Made by a program: the position numbers and the translations under genes. The notes under the pieces are model-generated. The model worked only from the letters and a program-made list of their open reading frames with translations, was not told where the DNA came from and did no database searches. Shown piece by piece: positions 36,883-44,620 of a DNA stretch of 64,000 nt. Numbering within the stretch: the stretch's first letter is position 1; each line of letters opens with the position of its first letter. The stretch lies in the NCBI GenBank assembly GCA_017412585.1, contig JAFPXK010000085.1, positions 24,953 through 88,952 on the forward strand, read 5' to 3'. Source of the stretch: Oscillospiraceae bacterium (lineage in GTDB: Bacteria; Bacillota; Clostridia; Oscillospirales; Oscillospiraceae).

Positions 36883-37131
36883 CAAAAAAGCATCGCAGAT
36901 TTCGCGCCCGCAGGCGCGAACCATTGAAATCCGAAAAAAGTGACGACATGTACCCCAAGGGCACTGGCTCCACCAACCGCTCATGCTTCGCGGGGTGTCG
37001 CTGGCGCGCGTCACTTTTTTCACTTCTCAGGCTACGAAGTGTGCGAATAGTGCGCCTCCGGAGCACTATTCGTGCGCGCAGTAGACTGCAATCCCATTGT
37101 CAAAAAACGGCGGAGCCGTTTTTTGACAGGC
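36883..37131 (-). repeat. four-hairpin repeat, copy B (inverted, with 56-nt insertion at 36950..37005)
   Basis: Reverse complement aligns end to end with 18829..19021. The insertion lies in the loop of the GAAAAAAGTGACG hairpin. Confidence 0.9.
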
Positions 37132-37162
37132 GCAAAGCGCCGCCCATTGGGCGACGCTTTGC
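37132..37162 (-). terminator. hairpin directly after ribU stop (no T-run)
   Basis: 14-bp stem gcaaagcgtcgccc / gggcggcgctttgc on the minus strand. Runs straight into repeat copy B. Confidence 0.5.
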
Positions 37163-37167
37163 GGTAA

Positions 37168-37776
37168 TCACTTGTGCAGCAGGGGGGACAGGGGCTTGTA
37201 AATGATGAAGCACAGCGCCACGTCGATGAGCCCCTTCACCAATGTGAACGGCACGTTGAACACCACCAGACAGTTCAGCAGCGCATTGCCGGTGGGGACG
37301 TGGGCGATGGTGCCTAAAATGGCCTCGTAGGCGTCCACAATGGCGTCCAGGGGCATGTGATACAGCACCACGTAGGCGGGATAGACCACATAGTAGTTCA
37401 GCGGCAGGCTGATGGCTGCCATAGCCACTGCTCCCAGCACGGCGCCCCAGGCGGCGGTGCGGCGGTTCTTGCCCCGGTGGTACACCAGCCCCGCCACGAA
37501 GACAAATACGCCGCCCAGCAGGAAGTTGCACAGCTCGCCCACGCCGGCGCTGTGGCCGAAGGGCAGGTGCAGCAGGTTCTTCACCAGCTCGATGGCCACG
37601 CCCCACACCGGGCCCAGGGCGAAGGTGCCCAGCAGCGCTGGCAGGTCGGACACGTCCAGCTTGACAAAGAACGGCATGATGGGAATGGAAATCTCCACAA
37701 ATTGCAGCACAGCGGCGATGGCGCTGAGCATGGCGGCCACCGCCAGGCGATAGGTTTTCTTCTTTTCTGCGGACAT
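37168..37776 (-). CDS. ribU: ECF-transporter S component, riboflavin-type (RibU-like)
   Basis: Trimmed to ATG 37776 (RBS AAAGGAG). KLDVSDLPALLGTFALGP motif. Preceded by an FMN riboswitch. Confidence 0.85.
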   Translation of the reverse strand: MSAEKKKTYRLAVAAMLSAIAAVLQFVEISIPIMPFFVKLDVSDLPALLGTFALGPVWGVAIELVKNLLHLPFGHSAGVGELCNFLLGGVFVFVAGLVYHRGKNRRTAAWGAVLGAVAMAAISLPLNYYVVYPAYVVLYHMPLDAIVDAYEAILGTIAHVPTGNALLNCLVVFNVPFTLVKGLIDVALCFIIYKPLSPLLHK

Positions 37777-37794
37777 AGGAATACTCCTTTTACG

Positions 37795-37975
37795 AAAAAT
37801 ACACCCTGGAAGATCGTCTTCCAAGGTGCACGCAAAAAGAGCATTCAAATGCCGTACACGCCTTCTCTCATCCAGACTGTCACTGTCGGTACCGGAATCG
37901 CGCCGGTTCCTGCCCGAAAAAAACGGGCTCGCGGACTATACCGCCGGTGGGGACTTGCACCCCGCCCCGAAGACC
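37795..37975 (-). promoter_or_regulatory. FMN riboswitch (RFN element) with terminator expression platform
   Basis: Minus strand tcttcggggcggggtgcaagtccccaccggcggtatagtccgcgagcc...ggaaccggcgcgattccggtaccgacagtgacagtctggatgagagaagg matches the RFN consensus. A hairpin plus TATTTTT run follows at 37795-37828. Confidence 0.9.
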
Positions 37976-38000
37976 AATGATCCAATTGTGTTCGCCTGAC

Positions 38001-38029
38001 ACTATACCACAGTTCCCGGCCAAAGGCAA
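38001..38029 (-). promoter_or_regulatory. putative promoter of riboswitch-ribU
   Basis: Minus strand TTGCCT-17 nt-TATAGT. Confidence 0.5.
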
Positions 38030-38045
38030 TAGTGAATTACTCATC

Positions 38046-38074
38046 TTGACAATATCGAACAAACGTGCGATAAT
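38046..38074 (+). promoter_or_regulatory. putative sigma-A promoter
   Basis: TTGACA-17 nt-GATAAT, 27 nt upstream of ATG 38101. Confidence 0.6.
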
Positions 38075-38100
38075 TAAGCAAAATGTGGGGAGGTGAGACC

Positions 38101-38670
38101 ATGCGCGCAAGAGAGATAACCTGTGCCTTCACAGGCCACCGGCCGGAGAAGCTGCCCTGGGGCGAGAATGAACAGGATTCCCGGTGCCAGGCGCTGCAGG
38201 AGCGGATTGCCGACGCGGTGGAGCAGGCGTATCTGGCAGGCTTCCGCCACTTCGTCTGCGGCATGGCCCGGGGCTGCGACACCTGGTTTGCCCAGGCGGT
38301 GCTGTCTCTCAAGGACCGTTGGCACGACGTGACGCTGGAGGCCGCCATCCCCTGCGGCGACCAGGCCAAGCGCTGGCGCGGGGCGGACAGGGCGCGGTAC
38401 GAGGCCATGCTGGCGGAATGTGACCGCCGCACCGTGCTGTATGACCACTACGTCCCCGGCTGCATGCAGCAGCGCAACCGCTATATGGTGGACCATTGCG
38501 ATCTGCTGCTGGCGGTGCATGACGGCGTCAGCGGCGGCACCCAGAGCACCCTGACCTATGCCTTTTCCCGCCGGGTCAACGTGGTTATTCTGCCTCTGGT
38601 GGTTGAAAAGGCTGACGAGCCGTGCTATAATACGCCCCAGACTGACATAAAGGAGTACACAGAGCTATGA
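38101..38670 (+). CDS. SLOG-family protein (DUF1273/YpsA-like)
   Basis: Trimmed to ATG 38101 (RBS GGGGAGG). FTGHRPEKL start and GMARGCD...GGT pattern, as in YpsA. Confidence 0.7.
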   Translation: MRAREITCAFTGHRPEKLPWGENEQDSRCQALQERIADAVEQAYLAGFRHFVCGMARGCDTWFAQAVLSLKDRWHDVTLEAAIPCGDQAKRWRGADRARYEAMLAECDRRTVLYDHYVPGCMQQRNRYMVDHCDLLLAVHDGVSGGTQSTLTYAFSRRVNVVILPLVVEKADEPCYNTPQTDIKEYTEL

Positions 38671-38921
38671 CATATACCTTTACGCCCAGGGGCGTTTGTT
38701 CCCGCCGCATGACGGTGGAGCTTGAGGATGGCGTCATCCGCGCCGTCCATGTGGAGGGCGGCTGCGACGGCAATTTGCAGGGCATCTCCCGCCTGGTGGT
38801 GGGCATGTCCGCCCAGGACGCCATAGAGCGTCTGAAGGGCATCCGCTGCGGCTTCCGTCCCACCTCCTGCCCCGACCAGCTCTCCCAGGCCCTGGAGCAG
38901 GCCCTGGCCCGGGCGGTGTAA
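38667..38921 (+). CDS. TIGR03905-like 4-Cys (TSCPD-related) small protein
   Basis: 84 aa. GVCSRRM...GGCDGNLQGI...IRCGFRPTSCPDQL. The ATGA overlap with the upstream gene suggests translational coupling. Confidence 0.7.
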   Translation: MTYTFTPRGVCSRRMTVELEDGVIRAVHVEGGCDGNLQGISRLVVGMSAQDAIERLKGIRCGFRPTSCPDQLSQALEQALARAV

Positions 38922-38937
38922 CCAACCGTAATATGTA

Positions 38938-38968
38938 AAAGCCCGTGAGGTCAATCCTCACGGGCTTT
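38938..38968. terminator. bidirectional hairpin terminator
   Basis: 13-bp stem aaagcccgtgagg / cctcacgggcttt. Confidence 0.7.
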
Positions 38969-38984
38969 GTCATGTGCTTTTCCT

Positions 38985-39644
38985 TTACAGCGAAACGCTG
39001 CCCGAAAACAGCGTCCAGGGCCATTCCTCCGGCGGCGGACAGCTTACGTCCACCGTTTTCCCGGTGATGGGATGGCGGAAGGCCAGATGATAGGACCATA
39101 ACGCCGTAGAGCAGTCCGCCTTGCTGCCGTAGCGGATATCCCCCAGCAGCGGCAGCCCCCGGTGGGAGAACTGCACCCGGATCTGATGGGTGCGCCCGGT
39201 GTGGAGATGTACCCGCACCAGGGATAAATCTTCGCTGCGTCCCAGCTCCACATAGTCCAGCGTGGCCTCCCGTACGCCCTTGCGCAGGCGCTGCACCACG
39301 TAGCTCTTGTTTACCCGGCTGTCACGAAACAGCAGGTCCGTCCAGGTGTCGGCAGCCTTTTGGGGATGGCCCCGTACCACCGCCAGATATTCCTTGGTGA
39401 TCTCATGCCGGGCCACCAGCCCCGTCAGCTTTCCCGTGACGTCTGGGCGGCGGGAGAACAGCATCACGCCGCCCACCACCTTGTCCAGCCGGTGTACGGT
39501 GGCGATGTAGTCCGGCTTGCCCTGCCCGGCGTAATGCTGCCGCAGCAGCGCCGGCATGCAGGCGGCGCCCTCCGTGTCCTCGCTGAGCACGCCCACCGGC
39601 TTCACGGCAATCACAAGATAGGGGTCTTCGTAGAGGATCTGCAT
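38985..39644 (-). CDS. RluA-family pseudouridine synthase
   Basis: Trimmed to ATG 39644. HRLDKVVGGVMLF catalytic-Asp motif. 219 aa. Confidence 0.8.
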   Translation of the reverse strand: MQILYEDPYLVIAVKPVGVLSEDTEGAACMPALLRQHYAGQGKPDYIATVHRLDKVVGGVMLFSRRPDVTGKLTGLVARHEITKEYLAVVRGHPQKAADTWTDLLFRDSRVNKSYVVQRLRKGVREATLDYVELGRSEDLSLVRVHLHTGRTHQIRVQFSHRGLPLLGDIRYGSKADCSTALWSYHLAFRHPITGKTVDVSCPPPEEWPWTLFSGSVSL

Positions 39645-39646
39645 GG

Positions 39647-41014
39647 TTAAAATCTCCTGCCCCGGTAGCTGCGGTGGCGATACCGTTTGTCGCTGCTGCG
39701 CCCGTAGCGGCGGTTGCGGCGGAACACCTTCCACCACACCGTAAAGGCGATAATCAGCGCGGCCAGCGCAACGATGGCCACCTTCACCACCGTCCGGGAC
39801 AGGAAGGCCAGCACCTGGCTTTTCACCACCAGGAAGCGGCTGGCGGACACGTCGCTGACCGCCAGCAGCGGCACGGTGACGATGTCGCTGCCCCGGAAGC
39901 GCAGGGTGATGCTGCCCAGCTCGTCCCCGGCGGTGACAGGCGCCGCCACTTCGCTCTCATACAGCGTCACCACCCGCTCCAACTCGGCGGGGTCCACGTC
40001 GTTGGGCAGTATGGCGGTGGCTGTCCGGGCCGGATGCACCACCACGTAGCTGGCCTCCTTGCTCAGCGTCACCGGCACCTCCTGAATCAGCTCCTCGGCG
40101 GTGATCACCGTCTTGGTGCTGAAGCTTGCAAAGCCCCATTCCAGCAGCCGCACCGACTCGGTGAAGCTCTGAATATCGGTGCCGCCCTTACCGTCCGGCG
40201 CCACGCCCGCGCCCAGCACCACGCTGATCAGCGTCCGCCCGTTCTTGGTGGCGGAGGCGGCAAGGCAATGCCCGGCGGCGTCAGTGGTGCCGGTTTTGAT
40301 GCCGTTGGCATAGGCGTAGCGGTAGCCCATGTAGCGCCAGTTGTCCAGCAGGGAGTTGGTGGTATGTAACGTGCGGGTCTTGTCGCACTTATTGGTGGGG
40401 GCGATGTTGATAATGGTGTTGCTGCACAGGTCGGCAAAAACTGGGTTTTGCATGGCGCAGCGGCAAATCACCGCCAGGTCGTCGGAACTGGAATAATGCC
40501 CCTGGGCGGTAAGGCCGTTGGTGTTGGTGAAATGGGTGTTGTGGCAGCCCAGAGAGGCGGCCCGGCTGTTCATCGCCTCCACGAACTCCGCCACCGTGCC
40601 GCTGACAGCCTCCGCCAGCACGTTGCAGGCCTCGTTGGCAGACACCAGCAGCACGCAGCACAGCAGATCCCGCACCGACATCTCCTCCCCGGCCACCAGC
40701 GCCGGGTCGGCGTTGCTGCCGTCGGCAGGCATGCCCATCAGCGCCGCCGCCGAGGCAGTGACCATCTGCTCCATTTTCAGCTGCCCACGGTCCACCGCTT
40801 CGATGACCAGCAGCGCCGTCATCACCTTGGTGACGCTGGCAATGTCCAGCTGCTCATCGCCGTTCTGGCTGAACAGGATGGTGCCGGTCTCCGCGTCCAT
40901 CAGCGTGGCGGCCCTGGCCTCTATTTTCATATCCTCCTCGGCGGCGGCGGGCACACACAGCGCCAGCACCATTATCGCCGTCAGCAGCAGGGAAAAGAAT
41001 CGACGTAATTTCAT
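39647..41014 (-). CDS. serine-type D-Ala-D-Ala carboxypeptidase (S11/PBP5-like) with C-terminal TM anchor
   Basis: Trimmed to ATG 41014. Signal peptide, SxxK (ASVTKVM), SxN (VSANEA), KTG (KTGTT). Confidence 0.85.
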   Translation of the reverse strand: MKLRRFFSLLLTAIMVLALCVPAAAEEDMKIEARAATLMDAETGTILFSQNGDEQLDIASVTKVMTALLVIEAVDRGQLKMEQMVTASAAALMGMPADGSNADPALVAGEEMSVRDLLCCVLLVSANEACNVLAEAVSGTVAEFVEAMNSRAASLGCHNTHFTNTNGLTAQGHYSSSDDLAVICRCAMQNPVFADLCSNTIINIAPTNKCDKTRTLHTTNSLLDNWRYMGYRYAYANGIKTGTTDAAGHCLAASATKNGRTLISVVLGAGVAPDGKGGTDIQSFTESVRLLEWGFASFSTKTVITAEELIQEVPVTLSKEASYVVVHPARTATAILPNDVDPAELERVVTLYESEVAAPVTAGDELGSITLRFRGSDIVTVPLLAVSDVSASRFLVVKSQVLAFLSRTVVKVAIVALAALIIAFTVWWKVFRRNRRYGRSSDKRYRHRSYRGRRF

Positions 41015-41125
41015 AATGACATTTTCTCCGGGATTTGATATAATAGGTAAAACAATGGGGCGGGATGCCCCCATGGTACGTTCATACACCCGTTATTATA
41101 TGCGAAAAGGAGCGCCGCGTCAACT

Positions 41126-41480
41126 GTGACACACGCAGGAAAGTGGACCGTGACCCACCGGTATCTTCTGTCAGTTACGGCAATATTTGCCATTGTGGCG
41201 GCGGCGCTGTGGCTGACCGCTCCCGGCCATACCGGCCCCGGCTACCGGGTGACGGTGGAGCGGGGCGCGTCGGAGCAAGGCGGAAAAATCGACGTCAATG
41301 CCGCCGATGCCGACACCCTGACGTTGCTGCCCGGCATCGGCCCGGTGCTGGGACAGCGTATCGTGGACTACCGCGAGACCCACGGCCCCTACACGGCGCC
41401 GGAGCAGCTTTTGCAGGTGCAGGGCATCGGGCCAAAGACGCTGGAGGGCTTACGAGACTATATCACCTGGGAGGAAAACG

Positions 41481-41503
<23 letters not shown>
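41126..41503 (+). CDS. comEA: ComEA-family helix-hairpin-helix DNA-binding protein
   Basis: N-terminal TM followed by IDVNAADADTLTLLPGIGPVLGQRIVDYR...VQGIGPKTLEGL. GTG start. Confidence 0.75.
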
Positions 41504-42191
<688 letters not shown>

Positions 42192-42225
42192 GTTCGGCGC
42201 CAGCTACATCCTCATCATCGCCGCC

Positions 42226-43578
42226 GTGCTGATTTTGCTCAACACCTATCCGCTGCTGGTGTCCCAGAACCTGGTGTTCAAGTCCAAGGCCGCCGGGATG
42301 ACCGGCTCCGTCAAGGTGATCGAGTCGGCCCTTTCCGGCCTGGAGCGGCTGACGGAGGAGAACGTGGGACAGGCCCTCAGCGGCATGGAGGAGACCGGCG
42401 TCAGCCGCATTCTCGTCACCGACACCGCCGGGCGCATCCTCTTCGACAGCCGCGAGAGCGGCGGCGCCCAGGGACTCTACGCCTTTTATACCGAGGTGGT
42501 CCAGGCCCTGCGGGGCAACGACGCCGTGTTCTGCACCTACGACGACGCTGCCTTCATCAGCCGCATGGCCTCGCCGGTGGTGTACCACAACCAGATCGTG
42601 GGCGCCGTCTACGCCTATGAATACGACGCCGAGCAGGCGGACCTGTTCAAGAGCTTCCAGTCCAACCTGCTGAAAATCTCCGGCATCATCGCCCTTGCGG
42701 TGCTGGTGCTCAGCGTAGTGCTCAGCCGCGTGCTGACGGCCCAGATTGGCGAGCTGCTGGCAGCCATCCGCCGCGTGCGGGAGGGCGCTTACACCCACCG
42801 GGCCGCCGTCAAGGGCAACGATGAAATCAGTCAGATCGCCACCGAGTTCAACAGCCTCACCCACCGGCTCCAGACCACCGAGAACGCCCGCCGCCGCTTT
42901 GTGTCCGACGCCAGCCACGAGCTGAAAACGCCCTTGGCCGGCATCCGCCTGCTCACCGACAGCATCCTCCACAGCGACGACATGGACAGCGACACCACCC
43001 GGGAGTTCGTAAGCGACATCGGCCGTGAGGCGGAGCGCCTGACCCGCATCACCGAGAATCTCCTCCGCCTTACCCGCCTTGACAGCGCCGTGGTGCCGGA
43101 GGCGGAGCGGGTGGAGGTGTGCCCCGTGCTGGACCGGGTGGTGCGCATGCTGAGCATGGTGGCCCGTGACCACAACATCACCCTGACCCACCGGTGCGAC
43201 CCTCGGGCCGCCGTCATGGCCACGGAGGACGACCTGCACCAGATACTGTATAATCTAATGGAAAACGGCATCAAATATTCCACCGCGGACGGCTTCGTCC
43301 ATACCGCCGTCACCGTGGATGGCGGCAGCGTCATCATCACCGTGGAGGATAACGGCATCGGCATCCCCGACGAGGACATGGCCCATATTTTCGAGCGGTT
43401 CTACCGGGTGGATAAAATGCGCTCCCGGGCCATCGGCGGCACGGGCCTGGGCCTGAGCATCGTGCAGGACACGGTGGCGGCCCGGGGCGGCACCATCACC
43501 GCGGCCCATCGCCCCGGCGGCCGCGGCACGGTGTTCACCGTTACCCTGCCTCTGGAGGAGGGAGGTGACAACCCGTGA
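42226..43578 (+). CDS. sensor histidine kinase (TM-sensor-TM-HAMP-HisKA-HATPase)
   Basis: H-box SHELKTPL plus N/G boxes (NGIKYS, DNGIGIP, GGTGLGLS). The true start is probably upstream of GTG 42226 (see findings). Confidence 0.85.
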   Translation: MLILLNTYPLLVSQNLVFKSKAAGMTGSVKVIESALSGLERLTEENVGQALSGMEETGVSRILVTDTAGRILFDSRESGGAQGLYAFYTEVVQALRGNDAVFCTYDDAAFISRMASPVVYHNQIVGAVYAYEYDAEQADLFKSFQSNLLKISGIIALAVLVLSVVLSRVLTAQIGELLAAIRRVREGAYTHRAAVKGNDEISQIATEFNSLTHRLQTTENARRRFVSDASHELKTPLAGIRLLTDSILHSDDMDSDTTREFVSDIGREAERLTRITENLLRLTRLDSAVVPEAERVEVCPVLDRVVRMLSMVARDHNITLTHRCDPRAAVMATEDDLHQILYNLMENGIKYSTADGFVHTAVTVDGGSVIITVEDNGIGIPDEDMAHIFERFYRVDKMRSRAIGGTGLGLSIVQDTVAARGGTITAAHRPGGRGTVFTVTLPLEEGGDNP

Positions 43579-44480
43579 GACGTATCATCGCCTTTTTCCT
43601 GGCGGCGTGTCTGACGCTTGCCCTGACAGGCTGCGGCGTTGCCCGGCTTCGGCAGGAGGAAAACGGCCTCAAGCTCTACTATTGTCCCGAAGATTTGACC
43701 CAGCTCTCCGGCGGCGACGCTCTGTGCTATGCCACCGTGCCCTGGGACACCCTCCCCGAGGGCGACCGTCAGGAGCGTATCCAGACGGCGCTGACGCTGC
43801 TGATGGCTGACCGGGAGGGGTTTGAAAGCCCCATTCCCGCCGGCACCCGGCTCCTGGGCTGCACCATGGTGGGCGGCACCGTGTGGGTGGACTTCTCCGA
43901 AGCCTACGGTCAGCTCAGCGGCATGGATTTGACCACCGCCGACTACTGCGTCACCCTGACCCTGACCCAGCTGGAGGGCGTTCACGTGGTGCGCATCACC
44001 GTGGCGGGCCGGGAGCTTGCCTACCGCGACACCAATCTGCTGCTGGCGGGCGATGTGCTGCTCACCTCCACGGACGACGTGGTGCGCTCCCTGGCGGTGC
44101 AGCTCTATTTCCCGGACGGAGAAGGCACATTGACGGCGGAGGACAGGCTGCTGAACCTCTATGAGGGCCAGAGCCGCGCCGGCGTGGTGGTAGACGCCCT
44201 TCTGGCCGGCCCGGAAAGCGACGCGTTGCTGCCCCTGGCGCCGGAGGGCTTCGCGGTGGTCTCCGTGCGGCTGGACGACGAGATGTGCTACCTCAACCTC
44301 TCTGCCGAGTCGGCGGCCCTGCTGCCGGAGGATGACGCCGCTCAGGAGACCGTACTGCTGGGCCTGGTGCGCTCGCTGCGGTCCGTGGAGGGCGTGTCGG
44401 CAGTCCAGTTCCTGGTGGACGGCGAGTACAGCCGCACCTTCGGCAAGGTGGACATCTCCGCCCCCTGGACCGGTGAATAA
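43575..44480 (+). CDS. GerMN-domain lipoprotein
   Basis: Lipobox LALTGC. Two GerMN-like segments. Start overlaps the HK stop (GTGA). Confidence 0.65.
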   Translation: MRRIIAFFLAACLTLALTGCGVARLRQEENGLKLYYCPEDLTQLSGGDALCYATVPWDTLPEGDRQERIQTALTLLMADREGFESPIPAGTRLLGCTMVGGTVWVDFSEAYGQLSGMDLTTADYCVTLTLTQLEGVHVVRITVAGRELAYRDTNLLLAGDVLLTSTDDVVRSLAVQLYFPDGEGTLTAEDRLLNLYEGQSRAGVVVDALLAGPESDALLPLAPEGFAVVSVRLDDEMCYLNLSAESAALLPEDDAAQETVLLGLVRSLRSVEGVSAVQFLVDGEYSRTFGKVDISAPWTGE

Positions 44481-44620
44481 GAAAAGATTTTGCCCGGAGA
44501 CGGTGGGTTACGCCGTCCCCGGGCCTTTCTTTTCGCACAGCAGCGGAAATGCCCGGTTGTGAAATCCATTCAAATGGTGTATAATATCCATTCAGGAAAA
44601 AATGAGGAGGGTGCCCGCCC

